Below are positions 13,204-25,702 of a stretch of 64,000 nt of DNA, piece by piece. The notes under the pieces are model-generated. The model made no database searches and was not told the DNA's origin. It saw only the letters and a list, made by a program, of their open reading frames with translations. Position numbers and translations under genes: made by a program. The stretch comes from Octopus sinensis. Lineage: Eukaryota. Numbering within the stretch: the stretch's first letter is position 1; each line of letters begins with the position of its first letter. The stretch spans positions 155,682,001-155,746,000 of the forward strand of contig NC_042998.1 of assembly GCF_006345805.1 (NCBI RefSeq). Reading direction: 5' to 3'.

Positions 13204-13306
13204 TCAGGCTATCCAGAAACCTTTTGCATTCAAGAATGATCCCATTAGTATTTCACAACTGGAAGGAAAACACAAAGAGTCTCTGGCAAAAGATGAAACT
13301 ATTAAG
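13204..13306 (+). CDS. SPEF1: SPEF1-like exon (SQAIQKPF...ESLAKDETIK)
   Basis: Polypyrimidine tract + tag| ... AAG|gt; phase 2 to 0; LAKDETI is the start of the conserved C-terminal coiled coil. Confidence 0.85.
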
Positions 13307-14649
13307 GTCTGGATTTCATATTCCTTATTACAGATTACATTATTTTGTTGTCATTTGTATCCTGACAAGATTAATCTTAAGAGTAGCCGTAGCAACTTCA
13401 TATTTCAGTCATACCTTTGTTGTACAATTTTAGCTTTAATTAGTGGAATAATTGGAAGCTTAAGGTGACGAGCATTGTATTATATTTCTGGGCAAACCAC
13501 ATCATTTTGCTGTTTTTAATATTCATACCTACTTCAATTATGAGTGGTCAGTATTATATGTATTATTAATTACTCACTAGATGCATTATATTCTACTGTA
13601 ACTTGGAACATCAGTTAGTTTAACAAAGAAGAAGACCTCATATGTAAGAGCATTCAAGAAATAAATTCTTTTAACTACACAGAATAATGTTGGAAGTAGT
13701 TGAATACAATCAACTGTAGAGGTAGGTATTTTGTTCTAAAATTCCAGCCACTTTAAAAAAAGCTCATTCAGGCTATCAATAGAAATAGATGAAGAAAATA
13801 ATTTTTGAAACCAGATAGTCTCTTACATTATCAAATATAGAATCTAACTATTCATTTCTGCAGTTTATCAATAGTTATTTTATTGACCTTGAAAGAAAGG
13901 AAAAATAAAGTAGCCTATGTAGGATAAACCCTTCAAATTCCTTTTAATTAATTAATCAAACAGACGGTTCTGCATTTAAATTAATGTTCTACTTTTATTT
14001 AATAGTAAGGTAATTTTTAGAAGATCCATTGGGATATGTTAAAGTTAGTGATAATTTATAAATAGTTTGAGCATAAATATGCTGTGAAAGCAGATGAGTA
14101 AATACAACTGTACATAGATGTAAATGAATGATGAAAGTTGGATAAAAAAAACTATTTGCTGTTAGTGATTCTCCTAACAGGAAGAAGTGATGAGGTCAGA
14201 TTCCTAACATTTGGTCTAATAGAAGAGATCACAAGAGATGGAGATGATTGGTAATAAGCTGTGTAGAAAATTTATTCATTTATTCAATCTGTAGCAGCAT
14301 AGAAAAGTGCTGATTTAAAATGTTAACAAAAAGAAACATGATGTGTATGTATATATATATATATATAGATCTATCTCCATCTCTTCACACTGTTTGTCTT
14401 TCTATCTCTTTCGATCGCCACTCGACAGGACTTCCCACTTTCCTTCACCACCATCCTATATAAACTAACGCCCGTATCATAGCATCCCCATTTTTTGATT
14501 CAAACTGTTGCTGTCAACTATGAATGGAAAGATGAATCACAGTTAAGCAATATTCTTCTTTAATTCATCCCATACCTACCAGTAATATTTCTGCGCAATT
14601 GATTGACCTTTAGTTATCTCTATTCTGTTTGACTTTGATTCTGTCTATT

Positions 14650-15310
14650 TCAGCCTCACGCCTCGTGTTGAATATATATATAATTCTATAGTTCCTCTCA
14701 ATTATCGATGTCTCAGATAAATTTCAGCCTCACGTCTCATGTTAAATATATATATAATTCTATGTTAAATATATATATAATTCTATGTTAAATATATATA
14801 TAATTCTATGTTAAATATATATATATATATAATTCTATAGTTCCTCTCAATTATTGATGTCTCAGATAAATTTCAGCCTCACGTCTCGTGTTAAATATAT
14901 ATATAATTCTATAGTTCCTCTCAATTATCGATCAGCCTCACGTCTCGTTAAATATAGAATAAATATATATATAATTCTATGTTAAATATATATATATAAT
15001 TCTATAGTTCCTCTCAATTATCGATGTCTCAGATAAATTCCAGCCTCACACCTCGTGTTAAATATATATATAATTCTATAGTTCCTCTCAATTATCGATG
15101 TCTCAGATAAATTCCAGCTTCACGTCTCGTGTTAAATATATATAATTCTATAGTTCCTCTCAATTATCAATGTCTCAGATAAATTCCAGCCTCACGTCTC
15201 GTGTTAAATATATATATAATTCTATAGTTCCTCTCAATTATCGATCAGCCTCACGTCTCGTTAAATATAGAATAAATATATATATAATTTTATTGTTCCT
15301 CTTACTTATC
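14650..15310 (+). repeat. Tandem expansion of a ~65-70-bp unit in the RTE leader
   Basis: Repeated CAGCCTCACGTCTCGTGTTAAATATATATATAATTCTATAGTTCCTCTCAATTATCGATGTCTCAGATAAATT, about 8 full or partial units with sub-repeats. Confidence 0.9.
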
Positions 15311-18300
15311 AATGTCTAAGATAAATTTAGCTCACGCATCTCCCATAAACCTGCAAAATATCTCTCTCTCAAATTTAGGTATTTTGTACCTCCTAATATA
15401 TATTCCTTTTCCAAGAAATGAGAGGCGCCCCTTCATGTCTGCTAGTTTTCGCGGTGCACCCGTCCTCCCACCCCCTCCACTGTTACAGGAAGTCCTAAAT
15501 TTTCTCATCCTTTGTTGTCTCCCATGTACACTTCAAAGTCTTACGCCATCCCCGCCCCCTTCCATAAAAGGTAGTGGTCATACATTGCAAAATATGATAG
15601 TGTAGTGTACGCGGTTTGAACTTAAGTCTATTGTTTGTCTATGAATCCTGCCAAACGCGAGTTTTTTTTCAGGTTCATGAAGCTACTAAGGCCAATACCT
15701 CCCACACCCTCAGGGTTGGCACCCTCAACATTGGCGCACTGAAAGGCAGGTCTGGCGAGATCGTTGAGTTGCTTGAACAGAGGTGTGTTGATATATGCTG
15801 CATTCAAGAAGTGTGGTGGAGAGGAGGTTCTGCTAGGTTCATCACAGGCAAAGAACACAGGTACAAGATTTTCTTGGCTGGGAACACTGACGGGGTCGGG
15901 GGGTGGGTATACTTATCGCCGAAAAATGGGTAAATAAGGTAATCGAGGTAGTCAGAGTATGCGACAGAATACTTAAGATTAGATTAGTGCTTCATCATGG
16001 TTTAGCAACCATTATATCGGCCTACGCCTCTCAGCCAGGGCTACCCAATGGACAGAAAGACCGATTCTATGACACCCTACTGCAGACCACCTCACTGACA
16101 AACAACAGGGACCTTCTCTTTGTGGCTGGTGACTTCAATGGGCATGTTGGACGACATGCTGGGGGCTTCCATGGCGTACATGGAGGCTATGGTTATGGTT
16201 CCCGCAACGAGGAGGGAACCAGGCTGCTGGAGTTCTGTGATGCGAATAGTCTTATGGTTTGCAACACTAACTTCAGGAAACCTACAAGCCACCTGGTCAC
16301 CTACTGATCAGGCTGACATACTAGCCAAATCGACTACATCCTTGCCAGAAAAAGGGAAAGATGGCTGCTTATAAATGCCAAAACCTTCCCAGGCGAAGAA
16401 TGTACCCCACAACATAGACTGGTAGTTAGTGACTTTAGAATCAGAACTAAGAGGACAACTAGAAGACGACCAACATGGAGAAGAAGGGTCTGGAAGCTTA
16501 AAGATCTTGCGAATGGACAGAGATTTAGAGACATATTACTTGAAGCCTTTGACGAAATAGAAGCAGGTATAGCTTCACATGGGGTAGAAGACAACTGGAG
16601 GTCTCTAAAGGACAACCTGCTGAGAGCCACTGACCAGATCTGTGGTTGGTGCAAAGTCCCCTCAAGACCCAAAATAACGTGGTGGTGGAACAATATTGTT
16701 GACAGGGCTATTAGACAAAAGAAACAGGCTTGGAAGGACTGGAAGAACGGTGGTAGCAGGGAAGTGTATCAGACTGCCAGAAGGGAAGCTAGGAGGCAGG
16801 TGTATTTAGCCAGAGGGGAAGCAGATAAGAAAAAATTTGCCAATGTTCTGCGCCGTGAGGACCAAAGACTTGAGGTATTTCATGTTACAAGACAGTGTGT
16901 GAGAGAGAATTGTGATGTGGTAGGAGAGAAATGTGTTCGCAAGGATGATGGTTCACTTGCGCTAAATGAGGATGCAAAGAGAGTGGTTTGGAGACGCCAC
17001 TATGAAAGTTTGCTGAATAAAGAAAATGAATGGGATAAAGAGAGTCTGCCGAATGTTGACCCAACAGAGGGACCAGCAATCCGAGTTGACAGTTCCTTAG
17101 TAGTTAAGGCAATTAGAAGCATGAAGACAGGGAAAGCTCCAGGCCCATCAGGAATTACTGCAGAGATGCTCAAAATATCTGGCAGTGTCGGCTATAGCCT
17201 AGTCACCCGTATAGTTAACCAGGTGATACACGAAGGAGTCATTCCCAATGACTGGTGTAGCAGCATAATAGTCAACTGCTGCAAAGGTAAAGGTGACGCC
17301 CTAGATACAAATGACTACAGGGGTATCAAGCTACTGGATCAGATAATGAAGGTTACGGAGAGGGTTATAGCCCAACTAATTAGAGAGAGAGCTAGCTTAG
17401 ATGAAATGCAGTTTGGGTTCGTGCCAGGGAAAAGTACTACTGATGCTATATTCCTGGTAAGACAGGTGCAGGAGAAATACCTAGCCAAAGATAAGCCCCT
17501 GTACCTGGCTTTTGTTGACATGGAGAAAGCCTTCGACAGGGTCCCCCGATCCCTTATCTGGTGGTCAATGAGGAAACTAGGGATAGATGAATGGTTAGTG
17601 AGAGCTGTGCGAGCCATGTACAGAGACGCTGCTAGTAAGGTGAGGGTTGGCAATGAGTACAGTGAAGAATTCCGGATAGAGGTTGGGGTCCACCAAGGTT
17701 CAGTCCTCAGTCCCCTCCTATTTATCATAGTCCTCCAGGCAATAACAGAGGAATTCAAGACAGGATGCCCCCTGGGAGCTCCTCTATGCTGATGACCTTG
17801 CTCTAATTGCTGAGTCACTATCAGAACTGGAGGAGAAGTTTCAGGTGTGGAAGCAAGGTTTAGAATCGAAGGGCCTTAGATCAACCTAGCCAAAACCAAA
17901 GTTCTAATAAGAAGGAAGGTAGACCAATCATGAATGCCTTCAGGTAGATGGCCCTGCTCAATCTGTAGAAAAGGTGTAGGTAGAAACTCTATAAGATGCA
18001 CCAAGTGTAAGCTATGGACACATAAGAGGTGCAGCAATGTCAAAGGAGCAATAAACACTGAAAATGTGCAGAGACCGTCTTCCGCCACATTCCAGGGAGA
18101 AAAACTAGAAGTAGTTGATAGCTTCCGTTACCTAGGTGACCAAGTCAGTAGCGGGGGTGGGTGTGCTGAAAGTGTAACTGCTAGAGTAAGAATAGCCTGG
18201 GCAAAGTTCAGAGAGCTCTTACCCCTGCTGGTGACAAAAGGCCTCTCGCTCAGAGTAAAAGGCAGACTGTACTATGCATGTGTACAAACAGCCATGCTAC

Positions 18301-18864
18301 ATGGTAGTGAAACATGGGCCATGACTGTTGAGGATATGCGTAAGCTCGCAAGAAATGAAGCCAGTATCCTCCGATGGATGTGTAATGTCAGTGTTCATAC
18401 TCGACAGAGTGTAAGTACCTTGAGAGAAAAGTTGGACCTAAGAAGCATCAGTTGTGGTGTGCAAGAGAGACATTTGCGCTGGTATGGTCATGTGACGAGA
18501 ATAGCTGAAGATTGTTGTGTGAAAAAGTGCCACACCCTAGCAGTTGAGGGAACCTGTGGAAGAGGTAGACCCAGGAAAATCTGGGACGAGGTGGTGAAGC
18601 ACGACCTTCGAACTTTAGGTCTCACCAAGGAAATGACTAGAGACCGAGACCTATGGAAGTATGCTGTGCGTGAGAAGACCCAGCAGGACTAGTGAGACCA
18701 TAACCCGTAGCCTCTACCTGGGATGTAGCCAATCGACTTAAGCTTAACCTTTCCTTCTTGGGACACAAAACTTCACTTGTGAAGACCTGTTGAGGCAAGT
18801 GGAAATCAAAAAATCAGAAATCAGAACCAAAATCAAAGTCGATCAAAATCAATGGAAATTGCAG

Positions 18865-19090
18865 CTGTGATACCAGTGCCCGTGGCACGTAAGCGAACCA
18901 TCCGATCGTGGCCATTGCCAGCGCCGCCCTGACTGGCCTCCGTGCCGGTGGCACGTAAAAAGCACCATCCAATCGTGGCTGTTGCCAGCCTCGCCTGGCC
19001 CCCATGCCGGTGGCATGTAAAAAGCACCATCCGTCCATGGCCGTTTGCCAGCCCCGTGTGGCACCTGTGCCGGTGGCACATAAAAAGCAC
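18865..19090 (+). repeat. Short tandem hairpin repeats in the RTE 3' UTR
   Basis: Four units of GTGCC-GGT-GGCAC-GTAAAAAGCACC; also present at 31180-31395 (-) and 46920-47150 (+). Confidence 0.8.
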
Positions 19091-19811
19091 CCACTACACT
19101 CATGGAGTGGTTGGCGTTAGGAAGGGCATCCAGCTGTAGAAACATTGTCAGATCAGACTGGGCCTGGTGCAGCCTTCTGGCTTCCCAGACCCCAGTTGAA
19201 CCGTCCAACCCATGCTAGCATGGAAAGCGGACGCTAAATGATGATGATTATGATGATGAAATATATATATGACAGCATCATTCTGAATCACTTATCTTTT
19301 GCTGTAGTTTTGAGAAACTCCTTAATTATCTATATTATTTTTAGGTGAATCTGTAAAATACTTAGCTCTAGTTCCAAATAGTTCAATAGTTCCAGAAAAA
19401 TTAGACCAATTTTATGAGAGCATTTAAATTTGTGTATAGAAATTCATCAATATATAGATTCATAAGTGGGTTGTTTGATTTTTCATACCAGTATAATAAA
19501 ATATAGCTGCAGTTTATCTGAATATAGTAACAGACACCATGGAGAAGTATAATTCTCTGCTATCAGCAGCAGTAAAACAATGGTTAATTTGGGTTTTATA
19601 GGTTCATTGTGCTAAGTTATTTGATAGACAGGAGGAGGTGAAGGTCTATGATTGCTGATGCCCGTATGCATAAACAAAAATGTGGCACCGGAATTAAATC
19701 CTTCCATGAGCAAAATAATTGTATAAAGGCACTTTCATTATTTGGGATGCATACCAAAAGCTATTAAACAGATTTCAATCTGGTATAAACTATTTTTTTT
19801 TGTATTTTCAG

Positions 19812-19904
19812 ATTCTACAAGAAAAGATTCAACGTTTAGAATATTTAAATCATCTGAAAGATTTGAAAATTAATGATCTTCAGAAACGTCTTTCTGAAAT
19901 CTGA
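19812..19904 (+). CDS. SPEF1: SPEF1-like last coding exon (ILQEKIQRLEYLNHLKDLKINDLQKRLSEI*)
   Basis: ttttcag| acceptor in phase 0; matches the SPEF1 C-terminal motif ILQ.K..RLE.L..LKD..I.DL; AATAAA at 19964-19969. Confidence 0.88.
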   Translation: MLQEKIQRLEYLNHLKDLKINDLQKRLSEI

Positions 19905-21989
19905 CTGAATTAAATTTATACTCTTATAAAATACTACTGTCTTAAAACTACTGAAGGAAAACTAATAAAATCACTGGTATTTGATATGATTACTGTATTA
20001 TAAAACTACTGCCTACTATCAAAAGTAAACACAAAACAACCAGTTTGTGGGTTTTAACAAGGATATAATGATACCAGTTGCATTTATTTTCTTTCATCAA
20101 AAGTATTGTTGAACCTAATTTTAGTTCTCTTTATGTTTTACTTTTTTAAAAATATTAATTTAAAATTTTATATTTGAGTATTAATAGATTATGCATTTCA
20201 AGTAATTTTCAAATACTGTTAAAAACACAAATTGGAAATGATATGAGCAACATGAAAATGTTCAGATGATATTTGAAGCAATAAAATATTGCAAACGCAT
20301 GCTAGGTATAAAATCTGGATCTCTAAGTTCAGCAACAGAAAAACATTGTCTAGTAATGCCTACAGTACTATTATTAATGATGTAGATAAAAAAAATAGGG
20401 AACAGTGAGTGTATTTTATAATTGACTAAGTAGATAATTTGAAAATTTGCAAAAATACAAATATCAATATTATACATTTCAATACTTGGTGTGATACTCC
20501 TTTACTTTTAATACATCTTCATTACAGTCAGAATACTTTCAATTAAATTTTTAGTAGTAATCTGGAGTTATTTCTTTTGTCCAAAATTGCAGTATCATCA
20601 CTTAAACCAATATTGATACCTGCAATTTTCTTTTTTTTTATGATCCATGTATTTTCTAACCAGTTCAAAGTTAGTTGATGATAACCTTTTATATAATAAT
20701 GTAATATCAAATCTAAGCCAGTCTTTCATATATTGTTCAGAATTTCACAGTGCACTATTTGTTAGAATATAGTGCAGTTATGGATGGTCATATGAGTAAG
20801 TAACTTCTTCAAAGTGTCCAGGTGGGTTTTAGAGTTTATAATTGTACTGTGAGACAAATACTAGCTTTTTCACTTGAGAAATGGACATTGCTTAACTCTT
20901 GCTAGTGTATACCTGGGATTGTACTTTGAGTTTGATGGGCAGCAAATGAAAGGTACATTAAATGCAAATTGTTAATGAATGTTTTGTTAGTGAACATGAC
21001 TTTAAGTTAGTTCTTCTTAATTCGACTTTTATGATACCTATAAAATTGCAGATGATCCTGGATGTCTTATTATGAAACTCTTTTTTTTTCTGTTAGCCAT
21101 TTTTTTGACAAGATTAAGTCTTTCTTCAATTAATGTCTTATTGTCCTAGTGGTGTATTTTGCTGTTGTTGACAATTGTACAGGGATGACTTTACTAGAAA
21201 TCAGTAGGGATGCAACACAAAGATGGTGAAGTGGGTTGTGACACAAGGTCTACCTAATTTGCCAAATGACTTGTAATCACTATCTGATGAAATTAAGATA
21301 AAGCTTTCTGCTAAGAAAGGCAGTTAGCTGAGTTGATAACTTTCTCCACATGAATCCATTTCCATGTAAAGCAACAATTTAACTTCATTCCATAATACCT
21401 TGCAATATCTTAGATGATAAGCAAAATTATAAAACAGTATTTCATAATTCATATATAATAAAACAATATAAACTGATTTTTAACTTTAAAATTATCTAGC
21501 AGGTAATTAGATTTTTCTTTATATCAAAATATATTTAGAAAATACTAAATTTCACTTTTGTGTTCAAATTTTAAACCAGCACCTCATCTTTTGCAGTAAT
21601 GAGTCAATAAATCATGGTGAATGTAATGAGATAACCCTACTGAAGCACCCTAGTCCTCAGTTATATGAATTGTAATTCATGAACCTAAGGACTGGCTTAA
21701 ACATATTAAATAAATTCACTGATTATCTTGTATGACATCAATAATTTAATGTAATTACCTGTTTTGATTATTGTGCCTTATATTAAAGTAAAAACCATTT
21801 ATGGATTATGTGAAATTTGTTATTATCGTAAATAACAAGTACTGGAAAAAAAAAAACATTTTCAGAAAAAATATTTGGAATTACTTTCTATTTTTGAAAA
21901 TTATTATTGAGTGCTCATGACTGTGTGGTCAGATATAATTTGTGTTCAGATTGAACATCTGTAGATTAATGCTAGTGGTTAAGTGTAGA

Positions 21990-22800
21990 GAAAGGATTTA
22001 AGAGGGATAGGATGAATTAGACAATATGATGAGTGCAAGGTTTGTGTGGAAGAGAGACAGGTGCATTGGGTGGAATTGGTATGCAGCTTGGTAGTTCAGA
22101 AAACAGAAACCATAACATTCGACAAGACAGGTAGAAAGCAAAATGTCTGTGAGTAAATGGTCATGATGTGCTGCACGAGTGAATGTTTGCCAACCAGCAT
22201 CAGAGCTAATCTATGCAGTCTAGCATGTGTGTGTAGCAGTAGTCTAATGTACATCATACCTGTACTTTATAGAAGGTCAGCAACTGAAGAGTGCTGGAGT
22301 ATTATTGAACCACAAAATGATGCTTCATCACTGAGATACTGTTTTAGATATGTGGCTGCAGTTATGTAAGATGCAGTTTTAGATATGAAACTGAGTTATG
22401 TGGCTGCAGTTTTAGATATGAAACGGAGAATCTGTGAAGTTAACATTACTAGTGATTTTAAAGGTTTTAATCATGTTTGTGAATAGGGTGGATGTAGTGC
22501 TGTATGATTCTTTCTTTGATGTGTGTAATGGTTGTGTCTTGATACAATTAAAAGGGACTGAATTGGCACAGCAGAATGTTGTTCTTTGCTGATGGAAAAA
22601 GTTCAAGTTTGGTATAAAGTCCCTCAAATACAAATAGATGATGCTTATATGTAGAAAGTTGAAAAGGAATGAAAGGTGATCTCATTTGTAGATAATGTGT
22701 ATTTTAAGAATGGAAGCGAGTTTATTTTTAATATACAGAAGGGTGAGTGTGAGAGACATAAGCAATCTGTAAGTGATAGAATGTGGGATAGAAAGAACTT
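21990..22800 (-). mobile_element. Old CR1/Jockey-like LINE 3' fragment
   Basis: Remnants FNCIKTQ and LYKVQV..LDYC resemble the CR1-type RT C-terminus; very degenerate. Confidence 0.45.
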
Positions 22801-23374
22801 TTGATGGGAGATCTAATCTAAAAGATGGATAAATTACATAGGCAGACAAATTTACTTGAGATTCTTGAACCAGTCAAAATTGTTGTTATCATACATTATT
22901 TTCATCAAAGTTCTTGAGGCTACAGTAGAAAATTTTAGGGTATTTGGCTCTTGTTGCTAGGATAGAGAATGATTACATAAAGGAAACAAATTATTATAAA
23001 TGATTCTGAAACTGATTATAGGAACAGATAGTACAAGGCATTACTGTCTGACGCTCAAACAATTCTATTTTTCCATTTCTCCACGACCATGAAAGGTAAA
23101 GTTGACTTCAGTGGCTATTGAGCTCAGACTGCAGATAGCCAGAACAAATAACACAATGCATTATTGCTTCATACTCTAACAATTCCACTCAAGACATTGA
23201 AAGGATGAAAAATAATTTTTACTTCAGCAAGAACTGAAGTACTTTTTCTGTTTTTATCAATTTCTTTTCTACTACTTTTGGATTCTAAAAGCAGATATAT
23301 TTACATTGCATACTTGATGGAATAGTTAATAGAAATCATTTACTCTTTGCTTTTATGTGATTATCTGAAGATGG

Positions 23375-24572
23375 TGTAGTAGACCCTTAGTGAAATCCTC
23401 TCTCTCTGACATATATAACATAAATACAGACGTAGCAGATAACAGTTAACCTTTGGTCGCTTGGGCCCTGTTGTGTCCACTACTCTGATTGGTTGGTTTT
23501 GGTGCAGTTTGTCTCTTACTTTATTTCGCACCAATGTGCAACCCAACCAATCGGAACCTTCTGATAAGATCCCATGACACAGTCTTCTAAATTCTCTTCT
23601 GGAGCCTACTATTCTCTATAAAGCTTGATCAACAAACCGTATTATTGTCTTTGGCTCTAGATCTTCTGAGGTCTAGTCACTGACCACAGAGCGACTCAGC
23701 CAGTTCCAGCAACAGACAACACTAGCAGTATTTCAGGACCTCCACCTACGTTGCCTTCATCTTAACATCACCAGCAATCTAATGTCATCTCCACCACCAT
23801 CGCCTTCATCTCAATGACACCACAGCTATTCACCTAGGTTTAACTTCACGCTGTTTGTGAATATTTCACCATGGTTAACAGCAAGCTCTACCTGCGAGAA
23901 TTTCCTGTATCAAGTAACCCGGCACAGCATAGAAGTCACAACCACTTACTCAACATGAGTTTCAACCGGCTCTGCAATTTGTAGCCTCAACTTCTTGTAC
24001 AGAACTAACTATTGTGTAACTTACTACGAACTGGTATTTATCTCTATCTTGTGTGTGAACATTCATCTAGCATCCTGATAGACTCATTTCTATGCTCTGT
24101 ATTTTATCTCACACACATACACCCTTGTTTGTACACATATACACATTATGTATACTTGACGGCTTGTCTGCTATTATTGTTGTTCTTATGTACTTATGCC
24201 GAACACACAGACACACTCAGCTAACACTCATACACATTATTGTATGCTTGATGGCCTGTCTTATTGTTCTTATTATATATGTACTTATGACGCGCATACA
24301 CAGACACACACTCTGCTAGCACACACATTATTGTATGCATGACTGCCTGTCTATTATTATTATTATGTATGTACTTATGTTGCACTCACAGACACACACT
24401 CTGCTAACATCTAAAACTTTCTCTAAACATTCTCCTGTTGTGTCGTCTTCTCCTTATTCATTCTGGCACTTAAATTCATTTATCCATATTTTGGCTTTTA
24501 TTGTAAGGTGACCGTGTGGTGTTTAAAGGAGTCATTCATTTATCACCTCTCCTTTCATACGGTCATTCTACA
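23375..24572 (+). mobile_element. Solo LTR (~1.2 kb, Gypsy-like)
   Basis: Termini TGTAGTAGACC...GGTCATTCTACA (TG..CA with short inverted repeat); 4-bp TSD ATGG/ATGA; CCAAT motifs at ~23490-23552, TATAAA at ~23617; internal ~90-bp tandem repeat at 24110-24410. Confidence 0.75.
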
Positions 24573-24908
24573 ATGAGTATAGAATAGAAAAGCTAATTTC
24601 AAGCATTCAAACTGAGCAATTCCAAGTTTGGAACTCAGTGAACATACTATTTAATTATTTTGTTATACTATCTTTACTTGTTCCACCATGTAAAGTATGG
24701 TTGCAGTGATCAGATAAGTTTTTTACTACTTTACTCAATATGTTCAACATAACAGTCAAATCACTCTCAATAAACTGCTTATTGGCTTGAAGTTTGAGAT
24801 TTTTGGACTGCATAATGAATGCATAAGGTAACTATCTGAATACTGATAAAAGGATTCTATCATCTGCCTTCATACCAGAGATATACTTAAGCTACTCAAT
24901 AATAATAA

Positions 24909-25319
24909 TACAGTTCTATATTTAAGAGATGAGGAATTATGTACATTATTTACATTTGACAGATATTTGTCCTTATCTTTGTTGTTAACACAACGTTTTG
25001 GCTGATATACCCTCCAGCCTTCATCAGGTGTTTTAGGGAAATTTCAAACCTGGGTTCTCATTCCTAAGGTATTTTTCGATGTTATTATTATTTTTATTCA
25101 AGCCACTGCTTGGAATCGAACTTGGAATCATGGGGCTAGTAGCCCACACTCTTAACCATTACACCATATGCCCACGGAATAAGAACCCAGGTTCGAAATT
25201 TCCCCAAGACACCTGATGATGGCTGGAGGGTATATCAGCTGAAAAGTGTTAACAACAAACAAGATAAGGACAAATATCCATCAAATGTAAATAATATAAA
25301 TAATAACAATGTCTCTTCA
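24909..25319 (-). mobile_element. tRNA-headed short element with a hammerhead ribozyme and an inverted 5' repeat
   Basis: tRNA-like head at 25173-25103 (A box TGGTGTAATGG, B box GTTCGATTCC), HHR at 25032-24987, and an inverted copy of the 3' part at 25176-25319. Confidence 0.8.
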
Positions 25320-25702
25320 TCTTTATATATAAAAGTGAAGTTGTGTGTCTGTCTCCTACGATTTAGATTCCTAACTACTCCCACATTTTGCGGTGCAGTG
25401 TAACCAAAAGCGGGTATCTTATAGTCGTGATTCATATCGAGCCCTTCTGGGTATTAGCATGAGTCTACGATTTAAAAAACAATTTACCATCATTTTTTCC
25501 CATTTTTAAGGCATTTTTTGCTATTATATAAGGGAAGTAACTCTCTAAAAATGTATTATTAAATCTCAGAACGTAAAAAGCTACAGTAACACCCCCCTTT
25601 GTGGTTAGCCATATTGAGATGGCTATTATACTTTACATCTCTAAAAATGCTTATATAGTTATTTCCCTTACAAACCCGAGCAACGCCGGGGTATACTGCT
25701 AG
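25320..25702 (+). mobile_element. Non-autonomous Helitron (383 bp)
   Basis: A|TC...CTAG|T termini; subterminal hairpin CCCGAGCAACGCCGGG at 25675-25690; no TSD. Confidence 0.85.

Larger units (their letters stand above)
12013..13798. repeat. Intronic inverted repeat pair (12013-12146 / 13665-13798) bracketing two SPEF1 exons
   Basis: TTTTCTTCATCTATTTCTAATGATAGCCTGAATGAGC...TTCAACTAC is the near-exact reverse complement of 13697-13798. Confidence 0.9.
14380..19258 (+). mobile_element. Near full-length RTE-clade LINE (APE endonuclease + RT), frameshifted, in sense orientation within the SPEF1 intron
   Basis: LRVGTLNIG..CIQE, ISAYA, VAGDFNGH, QIDYIL; KAPGPSG, YRGIKLL, QFGF, FVDMEKAFD, GVHQGSVLSP, LLYADD, FRYLG; 3' end CCCATGCTAGCATGG..(TGA)n. 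Confidence 0.95.

Noticed and set aside
18865-19090. Hairpin repeats with short spacers resembling a CRISPR array
   Set aside because: The spacers are related to one another, the array is in an RTE 3' UTR present in three copies, and the context is eukaryotic with no cas genes.
25103-25173. Functional tRNA gene
   Set aside because: The acceptor stem does not pair; it is the Pol III head of a repeat.
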